Positions 26,419 to 38,949 of a stretch of DNA of 64,000 nucleotides are shown in pieces (position 1 is the first letter of the stretch; each line of letters begins with the position of its first letter). Source of the DNA: Azolla caroliniana (lineage: Eukaryota > Plantae > Polypodiophyta); the NCBI GenBank assembly GCA_043228905.1, contig JBHGNT010000007.1, positions 20,708,001 through 20,772,000 on the forward strand. The letters are read 5' to 3'. The notes below the pieces were generated by a model. The model saw only the letters and a list, made by a program, of their open reading frames with translations. It was not told the origin of the DNA and ran no database searches. The translations under genes and the position numbers were made by a program.

Positions 26419-29369
26419 TGTGAGACCGAGAGTGAGGGACGATGGCTGCAGGAGAACGGGATCGGATGACGAGGGCAAGAAGGGAGCGGAAGGAGGTATC
26501 AGGCCGCCAAGCCGGTCACAAACCAGATACGGACCCGACCGGCAGGGTTGGCAGGACAAAGACTGGACGCGCTTGGTGCACGAGTCGGTGGCCTAACAAA
26601 TCAGAGGCCCAAGAAGGTGGCACACTCCACACCCTCCCGTCATACCGTCATACTGTGTTCCGGCTTCCCCGTACGCCTGCCTCTTCCTCCCTTCTGGATT
26701 GGTTATCCGGAAGTTCGCTCAGCCTGGTTCTCCTCCGGGTTCGTCCGTCACTCTGCATTGTTGGGTCCTGTTCACCTACCACCACCGTCAATATCTTGGT
26801 CTTATGTCGGATCCGATGCCAACCGCCGAAGTCTCTAGCCCGGTGTGAGGTGACCCATAGGACCGTTCTTCATTCTTCCACATCCATGTACTTCTATCGG
26901 ACTTGTCATCGGCCTCCTTGTTGTGCTCCCGCCTCCATCTTCCATCTCTCTAGGTCTCACACCAGCTGCAAGAGTCTCCGGATGAGATGTGGGGATACTG
27001 ATTCCGAAACGACTCCCGACGACTCGTCCAAGGCCACCGACCCTTTTAATGGTGTCGGTGGGAAGCATCCGCTCTATGATCGATCAAGCCCCGCATGGGC
27101 TTGATTCTTCAAAGTCCGGAGTTTTGGCTCTGGTGCCGATCCTGCCGGACTCGTTCCGTACCCTTGATCATCTTCTTCCCGAAATCCAACCTTCGCCTTG
27201 GTCGATCTTCCTCCCCATGTAAAGAGGGTGGCTCGTTCCGCACCCTCTACCGTATCGGCACCTTCATACCAAACCCGGCCCCTGTCGATCGGGCTCTACT
27301 GGCTCCCCTTTTTCTTTCGTGTCTCAAGCCAGTTTCGGTCGAACAATCCACATCCGGATCGTGCTCCATCCGAATCGGAATGCCGACCAATTCGATCCCC
27401 TGTCGAGTCAACTTCCGATTCTGCTCCCTTTGGCACTGCCTCTCATTTCCTCCTTCTTCTCTACTGCGGCTCCGTCCTCGACCTCCTCGCAGGCCGTTTC
27501 CCATCCATCTTTGTTCGCATCGTGCCAGGACTCCTCACTGGCGCCTTCCATCTCTCCGGTCTTATGTCGGCACTCGGGCTCGACTGCCGGAGTCTCCAGA
27601 ATCCACGTGGAGGGCTCTTCTCCGCTCCCGACCACCTCCTTGGCCGGTCTTTCTCCGCAAGTCGAGAGGGCGTCTTGCTCCACACCCTCTCTCGTGGTAC
27701 CGTCGTACCATTCTTTAGCCTTTGCTTGGGCCATGTCCACCTTGTTCGGAAGGCTTACTAGCTCTGAGTCTTCGGAATCCATCTGCGTGTCGGATCTGTC
27801 TTCTTCGTCAGCCATTGTCTTCAGAGCCTCTTACGCTTCCCGGACCAAGGCTTCGACATTGAGCTTCGCCGATCCTTCTTGTTGTGTGCCCACCTCCTGC
27901 CGTGATGACACGCCATTGCGCATTATCTTCCCTTTACCTTTCGCGGACCGCTCCTCATACAACCGTCGGCATACTCGTTCGACTTCCGACCAATCCTTGG
28001 TAAGGCCATTCGCTCCATCGTCGTCTTCGAGCTCAATTCTGATGGCCTCCCATTCCGCTTGGTCAATCGACCTAACGAACAATAGGACTTTGTCCACCCC
28101 CACCAGACTTTGTTTCCGCTCCGGGAGCCGAGCAAGCCGTCGCTCGAACTCTTGGAATGCCTTCGTTGCACCTAGTGGGTCTTCGCCAATGCAACCCCCT
28201 GATCGAAGTCATGTCGTCCCCGGCTCTTCGATCGTCCTTCGTATGCCTGCAGGAGCGCCCCTTCGAAGGCCTCCCACGAACTATGAGCTTCTCAGGGCTC
28301 GTTTACTTCCGCATGCATACGGATGGTGACGACCCGACAGAAGAACTCCAACCTCAATGCCTCCATTTCTGTATTGTAGGCTTCCAATTAGAATGGGACT
28401 TTGTCCCCGTTGAAATGGCCGACTCTTTTTACAACTCGCTCAATAGCTTACTGCGCCGCTTCTTGTCTCATCGTCACTCATCCGAACTCCATCACCACTT
28501 CGTCTTCCAAATCCATCCTCCCTTGCCACCCTTTCACATCGAGTTCACCAAAGATGTCGTGGTAATCTGCGCACGCCTATTAGATCTAGGGCGGGACCAC
28601 CAGGGTCTTGGACCTGAGAGAGATGGAGCATGGAAGATCGAGCTTCACCGTTTCCAACGACCGTCGAGGACACCAACCAGAGCATTTCCGGATACGTACC
28701 GAGAGCAACCAAATGAGAGAGGAAAAAGGACGCTCACGCAACACTGACTAAACACACGCATCATATGCACAGAAACCAGAAAGAAGGAACTCCAAAGACA
28801 CCAACATAGACACAGATGCACAGAACTTCACTATATATATACAAGAGCAAGATACAACTCCGACCTTGAGCCGGACCAAGGTAGATTACGTTACAACAGC
28901 GTTCTGCTACCAAGCCACCGATCGGGGAGCTCACAGGCTAGTTGCATCGAGCGGGTTCTTGCACAGGAGACAGAACGGAAGTGAAACCCCCTCAGACATA
29001 TGAGCTCTAAACCAGTCTAAACCCTAAATAAACACGAAGAAGAAGACCTCAAAGAAACTCTAAAAGAAAGTAAGAAGAAGAAAGCTAAAAAACCCTAGAT
29101 CTAAGCGGTATACCCTCCTAACTCAAAATGGGCAACCCTTTTACAAGGGACCCTCCCTTCATTTTATAGCCCACGGAGGGAGGGACGTTACAATGTGGGA
29201 TAAATCCCTTATTACATGGGACTCTCTATCCCAACTTAACTCCTATTCGGCTCCATAAAGGCACCCCCATTATCTTACATGAGTATACAACGGTGAGTGC
29301 TCACGCCGCACCCCGCCCATATTCCCATTAGCCCTGGTTTTCTCACTATGGTCGTGAATCTCCACGATA
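26419..29369 (-). mobile_element. Gypsy-related gag-only element 4 (5' LTR plus gag, 3' truncated)
   Basis: LTR 28555-29369. PBS TGGTGAACTCGATGTGAA at 28533-28550. gag remnant AIERVVKRVGHFNG..VLLFVRSID..GLTKDWSEVERVC is homologous to element 5 gag. No pol seen; left boundary approximate. Confidence 0.75.
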
Positions 29370-29668
29370 GTGTCCAGGCCGAAGATATAGACTTACACCA
29401 CATCAACACGAATCTACAAGTAGCCGACATTTTCACGAAAGCCTTGGGAATCCACAAGTTGCGGCAGTTCGTGTCGAACCTTGGCCTATCTATTCCCCAC
29501 CAGTCGAGCTTGAGGGGGAGTATAGAATAGTGAACCAATCGATTTATCGAAGTTGTCACAGACACACCAACCTTAGACTACAACAGAGCACGAATGACGA
29601 GGCTACGACCAATAAGGTTACAAACGTGGAACTCAACGTGATGAGGCTAGAAACTCGTGAAGTTGGGA
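29370..29668 (+). mobile_element. Copia RNase H end plus purine tract fragment
   Basis: VQAEDIDLHHINTNLQVADIFTKALG..LRGS; TTGAGGGGGAG at about 29510-29520. Confidence 0.8.
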
Positions 29669-32600
29669 GCCCAAAGAGGGAAAAACCACGGCAGCCCACA
29701 GGCTGCAAACTATCACTAAGTTGGAATGTACAAAACAGTGAGTTCACGAAGGCAACAACCTCGTGCTCACGATCTTCGCCACAGGAGGCGGTTACAACAG
29801 AGGTAGCGACCTCTTTCTCTCTCTCTCTGTACACTGTTACGTGCTCTCTCTTCTTTTTGCACCAACAAGAAAATGACAACAACTATCTCTAAAAGTTTGC
29901 CCTAAGTCATATTTATACTAATATGACTTTTCGGCTATTTACAAATGTAGCCTCGATGGGCTCTCAGAAACATATTTACGAATATTTCTCTTCCTCCGGT
30001 TCGCACCGGGTCTGCGTCATCCAGCTCTCCGTAGCCAGGTGCTCCTAATCCGGTTCTCACCGGTTCTGCACCATCCGGCTCTCCGTAGCCGGGTACTCCC
30101 TTCCCATCCGGAGGGACCTGTCTCCCATCAAACTCCCCCTTCACTCCGGCATGGGGTGTCTTACCAGTCCGATCCTCTTCCGGCATGCGTCCAGCTTGTC
30201 GGGTGTAAGCACTTTGGTCAGCATATCTGACCCGTTCTCGGCCGTGTGGATCTTCGTCAGTGTGAACTCCTGGTCATCTACTCTTTCTCGGATCCAGTGA
30301 TACCTCTGCTGGATATGCTTCGTCCGGGAATGGTAGGCCGCATTCTTAGCAAGGTGGATGGCACTTTGACTGTCGCAATAGAGTCAGTATTCCTCTTGCC
30401 GGATACCGAGCTCTCCGATGAAGTCCTTCATCCATAATATTTCCTTGCCGGCTTCCACCGCTGCCATGTACTCCGCCTCCGTGGTTGACAATGCAACTGT
30501 CATCTGCAGCCTCGATTGCCACGAAACAGCTCCCCCTGCATATGTCATTACATACCCGGATGTAGACCGGCTGGTATCCACATCATCCGACATGTCCGAA
30601 TCGGTGAAACCGTCAAGTTGAGGTTTTCCGGAGCTGAATCGGAGACACATATTTGAAGTGCCCTTCTTCTGTTGGAACCCCTTCACCACGATCCTGGCTT
30701 TGTATCTCGAGGGGTTGCCGGCATCTCCCGGTTTCAACTTGTACACCCACTTGTTTCGGAGTGCCCGCTTTCCTTTCGGCAACTCCACCAATTAATATGT
30801 ATGGTTCTCATGCAGGGAATCCATCTCCTCCTGCATGGCACTTAACCATTTTCGGATGTGGGTGTCTTCCTTCGCTTCTTCAAAGCTTTCCGGCTCCCCC
30901 TCATCGGTCAGCAGAACATGCCCTGCATCCGGAAATCTCCGGGGGGGCCTTCTCTCTCTGAGAGGATATCTCCGTCTTTGTGCTTCGGTGACCGGCTCAT
31001 CCATCTGGGTCTTGGCCGGTTCCGGTCTCAGCTTCCTCTACTTCTTCTTCTGCCGGTTTGATATCCTCACCGTATCCGGCTGGTTCTTCGAGTGCTAACC
31101 GGTCTCTCGCCGGTTGGGTCTGCTCATCGTAGAGTTGATCCTTACCGGTCGACTCGGAATTCATTATCTTCTTCTCCGACTCCCAGTCGGCGAGCGTCTT
31201 GTCCTCCATGAAGATAATATCTCGACTCTGGAATACCTTCTTGTAGACCGGGTCCCACACTCGGTACCCGAACTCATCATCACCGTCACCGAGGAATATG
31301 CATGGTCGGGTCTTTGGATCTAACTTTCCTCTCTGGTCCTTAGCTACATCCACGTACGCGAGACACACGAACACCTTCAGATGCCGGTAGGATACTTCCT
31401 TACCGGTCCACACTCTCTGTGGCGTGTCTCCGTCCAAGGGTACTGAGGGTGATCTGTTTATCACGTATGTCGTCGTCGACAGTCCCTCAGCCCAAAACTT
31501 CTTGGGTAGTTTTGCATGCGCTAGCATACTCCGGACCCTCTCCATTATGGTCCGGTTCATCCTCTTGGCCAGTCCGTTTAGTTCCGGCGTCTTCGGCACG
31601 GTAAATTCGAGCCGGATTCCCTTCGAGCGGCAGTACTCCTCGAACTGCCCCCGGTATTCTCCTCCGTTATCTGCTCGAACCGCCTTCAGCTTCCGGCCGG
31701 TTTCTCTTTCCACTCTCGCGTGGAGCTCTTTGAAGACGGATAACACCTGATCCTTCGTCTTCAACGGTGTGGCCCACAGCTTCCAGCTGTGGTCATCTAT
31801 GAACGTCATGAAGTACTGCGCTCCGGCATGTGACTTCGTGTCTACTTGACACATATCCGTATGCACCAACTCCAGTGGTGCATTACGTCTCATCGGTGGC
31901 CTTGGTCGGAAGGAGGTCCGGTTCTCCTTACCGGCCAGACAATCAGTGCATTTCTCTAGGTGCACGTTCTTCACTGGAATGAGGTTGTCGTCTGCAAGCC
32001 TCTTCATCCCCTTCTCGCTCATGTGACACAGCCTCTTGTGCCACAGCTCACCGGCAGTATCGGATGCCACGTTCACTTCTTCCGGGCATAACCGGGCATT
32101 CATCAGGTACAACGTGTTTACCTTCCGGGCCCGAGCCACAATCAGGCTCCCTTTGCTGAACTTCATGATGTCGTTCCGGATGCTACCCGTGTAGCCCTCA
32201 CCATCTAGCCGACTGGCTGATATCAGGTTCAGTCGAACCTCCGGAACGTGACGGACATCCCTCAGCAGCAACTTGCATCCGGTTGGTGTCGATAGCCACA
32301 CGTCTCCTATGCCGACAATTCGGCATGTACCTTCATTCCCCATCCGGACACAGCCGTGATCACCGGCTGAGTAGGATGAGAAGTATTTCCGGTCCGGGGT
32401 AAGGTGGAACGACGCTCCGGAGTCTACCACCCAGGTCATCTCGTCGCCGGCAAGGTTTATCTCACATTCCGCGGTGATGAGCATCAACTCTTCTTCACTT
32501 GCCGCGATTGCCGTCGTCCCCTTCCGGTCCAGCCCCCTCCGGTCTTTACCATTCCGGTCCGAGGTCCGCTTCGAATCGGTACCATCGGTCTCCTTATCTT

Positions 32601-33314
32601 TTCGAAAATGTCGACAGTTCTTTTGGAAGTGTCCCGGCTTGCCGCAATAGAAGCAAATGGGCCGCCCCCTTGACTTTGACCGTTGTCGTGAAGAAAACCG
32701 TCCACAAGCGGAATCAGTGCACCGGAGCGTAGGAACCGGCTCTTCATGCACGTACGCCTTATGTTGTACATAGAAGATCCTAGGTAGGTAGATTCGGTAG
32801 GTAGGAAGTTAATGGGAAACGGCTCCTTCCTTGCCTATAAAAGGAGGGAGACGAGGAGGGGGGAAGGATAGCAAAGTAAGAGAGGACGAAGTGTTGTCAG
32901 ATTGTGGGCTGAAGGCTTCTCTCTCTTCCATACTCCGTAGCTTCTATTTGTGCAGGTTTTTTGGGAGGCTCGCGCTGCTCTGAGGAATGCCCGAGTGCTT
33001 CCGGCAGCACCTCCAACCTACTCCCTTCTTTCTGAGCGTTTACGAACAGGCATCGACATCTGTTCGCCAGCCTGTTCGGTTGTAACCGATTTCGTGCTTC
33101 TTGTTGTTTGTCTCTGTTAATATATACATACATACCTTCATGTCTCTCTGTGTTGGTTTCCCGCTCACATCTTCGTGTCGAAGGGCCGTGTCCCTGTGGA
33201 TCTACGCTCGCACCTAGTGGGTCTCTTCCCTTCTTCTTTCTCTCATGCTCTTCGGTACAAGACCCCCGAGGTCCCGCCTCATTCCACGCATCCGCGAGGA
33301 ATACCTCGACATCT

Positions 33315-33332
33315 TGGTGAATCCGACGTGAA
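33315..33332 (+). promoter_or_regulatory. Primer-binding site complementary to tRNA-Trp
   Basis: TGGTGAATCCGACGTGAA matches 17/18 with the reverse complement of the plant cytosolic tRNA-Trp(CCA) 3' end (TGGTGAACCCGACGTGAA, recalled). Confidence 0.8.
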
Positions 33333-33354
33333 GGAGGCGGCAGAAGAGGAGAAG

Positions 33355-35480
33355 ATGAAGGGGTCGGATCTTGCGGAGGCCATGGCTTCGGTCGTGGATC
33401 GGATATTGAGCGCACGCGAGGGCACCGGCGCCCTCGACAGAGCCATTGAGGTGGTCGTCGGTACGATCGGCCAGTTCAGCGGAAAGGATGCTACGAAGTA
33501 TTTGGCGTCCTACGGGGCAGAAATGCTGATCCGGGACATTCCGGAAGAGAGGCGTCTTGTCGGGTTCCCTCGAGTGGCGATGCCGAGCATCCATGCGGAG
33601 GTGCTCGAGGTACGGGCGGAGAGCCGTACCTGGGAGGAGTTCGAAGGCCGACTCCTAGAAAAATACGAGCTGGACGGCGCGCTCCGGCTTTCGAAACGGG
33701 ACTTCATGGAATGGATGGAGTCCCCCGGCAAGGGAAGAAACGCGTCGGCACTCCTCCGGGAGTTTGAGGAACGCTTTGCGCGCCTTTCGGCGCTTGACCG
33801 AACCGTTCTGGATACGAGCCGGGTCCTACTGTTCATCAAGTCGGTGGACGAGCGGGACCGGGATCATGTCGGCTCCTTGCTAGAAACTGAAGAAGGGTTG
33901 ACGACCGACTGGGCTGCGGTTAAGAGAGTTTGTGGCCGTTTCGACAAACGGCGAGAATGGGCTGACAACGGAGCGACCGGAGCGGGCTCTGTCACAGCAA
34001 GGAGGCTTGAACCGGCACCACAAGGGCGAAGGGCAGAGACCCGGGAGTGGCTCGAAACCGGTTCGGCTTCGACCGGCATGGTCAATGACTCGTCCGGAGG
34101 AGCAGCGCTGGAGGAGTTGACGCGGGCGATAAAGGATCTCCAGATCGCCCAGACTCGAAGGGAAGGCGGCGAACCGGCTCGTGACCGACGGCCGGCAGCA
34201 GGGAACAGGTGCATGTGGTGCGACGAGGTCGGCCACATTCGGAAGGACTGCGGCGATTTCGCAGAGGCGTTGAGGAACCGGGTGGTGTACCTGTGGGAAG
34301 GCCGGGTGCACGCCGGCGATACCAGAAGGGCCATAAAACGAAACGACGGGCGAGGAGGTATGAAGAGGTTGATGGAAGAGGCAGCGGCCCGACACGTGGA
34401 GGCCATCCATTACTCGGTGTCAGCCGGTATTCGGGTCGGGGGCAGCGAGGCCCGAAAGGAGAGCAAAGATGGATTTTGGTCGGCAATGCTGGAAGGCCTC
34501 GCCGGCGCACGGTTGAGGAAAGATGAAGCGGACCGCTCTGAGAGACGGGTCCGGGAAATAACGGGTGGAGCGACCCGGTCGAGGAGAAGACGGGCATCGT
34601 AGAAGCCGCCTGCCGGAACTACGAGGCTCTGGTAGAAGACAAACGAGTGAGGAAAGCCGAAGCGGCCGGACCCTCACAACGGTACGAGAACCGATTCGGG
34701 CAACGACGGAACGATGTCGATGGGTCCAGCGCGCAAGATAACCCCAGGAAGGGCGGATACCGACTAGGGACGGAAATAGAAAGGACCACGGACCTACGAA
34801 AGGTCCTAGAAGAACGGATCCTTGACAGCAAAGTGGAGTTGTCATTGCGGGAGGTGCTAGGGATCGCCAAGAAGGAGTTCCACGACTCCATTGTGGACTT
34901 GGTGAAGCGGAAGAGGCTGTCGACGGAGACGGAACCGGAAAGACTGGTCGAGGTGCGGACGACGCACATCGACGACTTGGCGCTGGAAGATGAGTGGGCG
35001 GAGAGCCACTATTCGAGGCCACACTGGGCCCGAGCGACCACGGAGACCCCGGTAAAGATCGGAGATGTTCAGGAACCGGGTGTGGCACTGGTGGACCACG
35101 GTTCGGAAATAAACCTGATGTCCATGGACTTCTATAAGAAGGGAAAGTGGCCGATCAACACCAAGCACGGGTGGAAGATACGGGTAGCGACGCGCGCCAC
35201 CGAGGAACTGCACGGGGCCTGCCCGAACATGCGAGTCAAGATCGGCGACGTCGAGATTGACCAGCATTTCTTCGTACAGGAGACGTCCTCGCACCCGGTC
35301 ATATTAGGGGAACCATACATCACGGCAGCGCGGATGGAGACCAAGGTGCTAGACAACGGTTCGGCCTACGCGAGGGTCAAAAGCCAGGACGGGCGGCATT
35401 CGGTCCAATTTCTGACGGTGCGACCGAACCACGAGCGAAACCGCGAATCCCTCGGTGGTGAGAACCGGGAGGATTTTTAG
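33355..35480 (+). pseudogene. Gypsy ORF1 gag-protease (1-nt deletion at about 34565)
   Basis: Zn knuckle CMWCDEVGHIRKDC; protease ALVDHGSEINLM..ILGEPY; ends TAG at 35478-35480. Confidence 0.9.
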
Positions 35481-35536
35481 AGAGGGCTGCCAAGGCGTGG
35501 GGCCGAGACAGCCCGGACACTCGGGAAAGACCCCAC
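35471..35536 (+). promoter_or_regulatory. Putative -1 programmed ribosomal frameshift signal
   Basis: Slippery G-GAT-TTT at 35471-35477 in the correct phase, a 6-nt spacer, stem 1 GGGCTG/CAGCCC, and stem 2 GTGGGG-CCGAG / CTCGG..CCCCAC. Confidence 0.75.
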
Positions 35537-38500
35537 AGCTGTACGATAGAACCGAAACCGAAGAAACCCTGTACGAAAAGTAAAAAATTTTGCTTCTCCA
35601 ACAACGGAGGGTGTATGATAGTCGGCATCGTTGGCCGAGAAAAGGCAAGGGCGGAAGTGCGACTTCGAGTGTGCGGAGTTCTCGGCCCGGACGAGGAAAT
35701 CAGCGGAGCCGTGGAGGCGGTCTCCTTCGACGACACCTTGGGAATGCTGAGGAAGGTAGCCGGAGAAGACCTTAACGAAGACCGGACGATACCGGTATGT
35801 TCCGAAGAGATGTACGAAGTCATCGCGAACTTCAGTCAGGGGCTCGGGTCGGATCGAACGGCCCGAGTTAGCACGAAGTACAAGACTGTGGACCGGAAGG
35901 TAAGGCCCATCGTGGCACCCTTACCGGAGGGCAGTGAATCCCGAATCACAGGGGTTGCGTCGGACCCCAGTTTACGAGATCCGGTCTGCATAGGACACAC
36001 CTTCACCGACGGGACGCTCCGGGAGCTCAAAATCGGTGGGGGTGGGTTCCTCTTGTCGCGGAAGAAGACCGGTTTCGGAGGATGCTCGGAAGGCACGGGA
36101 AAGCCTTCGCATTCTCACCGGGAGAGATCGGGTGCGTAGACCCGACAATCGTGGAGCCGATGGTGATATTCACGGTACCACATGTGCCGTGGAATCTCAA
36201 GCCGATTCCAGTACCAAGAGCTCACATCCCGAAGTTGATGGAGCTATTGAGGCAGAAAGTCGATATGGGCATTCTCGAACCGTCAAGTGCCCCATACTCG
36301 AACCGATGGTTTACCGTACCAAAGAAAAACAAAACATTGCGCTTCATTCAAGACCTGCAGCCGGTCAATAGAGTGACCATTCGGAACGCAGGAATCGGAC
36401 CGACCATAGACGAGTTCGCGGAGGCCTTCGCCGGAAGGTCGATTTATTCCGTCGGTGATCTGTACTCGGGGTACGACCAGTTCCAGCTAGCCGTGGAGAG
36501 CAGAGACATTACGACGATGCGAACTCCCCTCGGCCTAGTGCGAATGTGTACCCTGCCACAAGGAGGGACCAACTCGGTGGCCCACATGGTGAATGCAATG
36601 AACAAGGTACTGAGGGATTGCATACCGGACGTCACCATGCCATTTCTAGACGACATCCCGATAAAGGGGTGCCCGGTGGAAGAGAAGGACGAGACACTCG
36701 GGCCGGATAGATGCCGGCGATTCGTGGCATCACACATCGACGACTGCGAGAGGGTGCTACAAAGGCTAGAGGGTGCGAGGCTCACCTTCTCCGGGGAGAA
36801 ATCGGCCTTCGGGCAATCAGAAATCCTGGTGGTCGGACACCTATGTGGACCATATGGCCGGAAGCCGTCTCTGGCAAAAGTAGAAGCCATCTCCGCGATG
36901 AAGACCGACTGTAGCTCGGTTACGGAAGTTCGGAGGTTCCTAGGGGCATGCGCATTTTACCACATATGGATCCCGCATTACGCCCACGTTGCGGAGCCGC
37001 TATACGGGTTGCTGAAGAAGGGGCGAAAATTCGAGTGGCGAGACGAGCACACGGAGTCGGTCCGGAAGCTGAAGGAAGCTCTTGCGGCAGCACCGGCGCT
37101 CCGGAAGGTGGTCTACGAGAAGGATACCCCGGTATACATAACGGTGGATACGAGTCCGACCGGGATCGGATGGGTCGTCAACCAAGAAGACAATGACGGC
37201 GTTCGGTTCCCGATCCGATTCGGCGCAAAGGTCCTCAGTGAGCAACAGCGAGGGTACGCCCAGGTTAAACGCGAACTCTGGGGTATCGTTTCGGCAGTAA
37301 AGGCCGACAAAGACTACCTGATCGGGACAGAAGTGATTATCGAGACGGATTGCCTGCCAATTCTCGGCATGGTTTCCGGATGCGCGACACCGGACCTGGC
37401 GATGCTCAGGTGAATAGCGTACATCAAGTCCCTGTACCCGGAAATACGACACATTTCCGGAAAGGACAACGCCATGGCCGACATGCTTTCGAGGGCGAGG
37501 TTTGATGACGAGAGCGGCATGGTTTCGGAGGACGAAGAAGTCGGGGTGGACTTCATCGAGGCAGCGTACGTGACGACCGATGGGACAAGCACTCCGGCAC
37601 TTAACGGCTTCGACGAGAGCAAGTACGACGGCGAGTGGCTCCAGATCAGTGGTTTCTTAAGGACCATGACGCTGGATGCGTCATGGACAAGGGACGAGAC
37701 CAACCGGATCCGGAAGAAAACATACCGATTCTTTCTTCGGGACAAATGCTTATGGAAGCACCCAAAGAAGAGGAACGGCGTCCCACTCCGGGTGGTGGCG
37801 ATGAAGGAAGAACAGGAGGAGTTGTTGACGGTCTACCACGACAGCCCTTGGGCTGGACACCGTGGAACTTGGGCCACGTTCGAGAAGATAAAGGGGAAGT
37901 ACTGGTGGCCGGGACTGTACCGGGACGTGCATCGGTTCGTGCACTCCATAGTCCGACATCGGGACGAGCTTCACCCTACGTACCCTCCGACCATCCACTT
38001 CAAATGGATGGTAGACCTGGTGACGATGCCGATGGGAGTAGGACAGATGCGGTATCTGGTCCTGGCTCGGGAAGATCTGATGAACCAGGTAGAAGGCCGA
38101 GCCCTTCAGAACAAAATGACCGCGGCCGTATGTCAATTCCTGATCGAGGACGTGATATGCCGGTACGGGTGCGTCGGGAAGATCGTGGCTGATCGCGGGG
38201 AGTTGGACGCCGAAGAGGCCGAGGAGCTATTCGACCGGCTAGGAGTCAAGCTCTCGCTTACCACTGCGTACAATCCGGAGGCGAATGGGAAGGTGGAGTG
38301 CGGACACGGACCGATCGTCAAGGCGTTAGTTCGGGCATGCGGAGGTCAAGTCTGGAACTGGCCGCTGCTGCTGCCTTACGCGTTGTGGGCGGACCGAACT
38401 ACGCACAGTTCGGTAACCGGATTCATGCCGGCAGAGCTCATGTTTGGGCAGAAGCCGATCATGCCAATGGAACATACGATCTCCTCATGGGCAACCGTGG

Positions 38501-38949
38501 ACTGGAAAGACGAGATGAGCCGGGAGGAATTGTTGGCGGCGCGCATACGACAGCTCAAGCGAAGACCGGAGGACGTGGAGCAGGCTGCGGGAAAGCTTCG
38601 GGAAGCAAGGATGAGGAACAAAGCCCGGTTCAACCGAACACACCGACTCCGACCAAAGAAGATCGAGGAAGGCGACTGGGTGGTAGTCTACGACAGCAGC
38701 CTCGACAACCAGCATCGAGCGACACGGAAGTTCGCAAGAAGGTTGTTCGGGCCTTACGTGGTCCATAGCACCAATGACAACGGGACGTACCATCTGGCGG
38801 AACTCGACGGCACGAGAATGGCAATACCGGTAGCTGGGAAGCGGATCAAAGCGTTCAAGAAGCGTCACGACGACGAGACGGATCCGGTTAACCTGGTCCG
38901 CGACAGCGAACGATCCGAAACCGAGGAAGAACCGACGGGCGGGGAATGA
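35471..38949 (+). pseudogene. Gypsy ORF2 RT-RNase H-integrase (frameshift at about 36058, stop at 37411)
   Basis: RT DLYSGYDQ, LPQG, PFLDD; RH VDTSPTG, ETDC; INT MVDL..ADRGE..NGKVE; GPY module. Confidence 0.92.

Noticed and set aside
27095-28329. Long plus-strand ORFs (207-336 aa)
   Set aside because: Antisense shadows of a GC-rich decayed gag region; no recognisable domain.
29641-29645. ATGAG as left TSD of element 6 (right flank ATGAG at 43719)
   Set aside because: It lies about 25 nt from a truncated LTR edge; probably chance.
33312-33335. Tf1-like self-priming via GTCGGATT in the LTR
   Set aside because: The match is only 8 nt and too far from the TATA; the tRNA-Trp match is much better.
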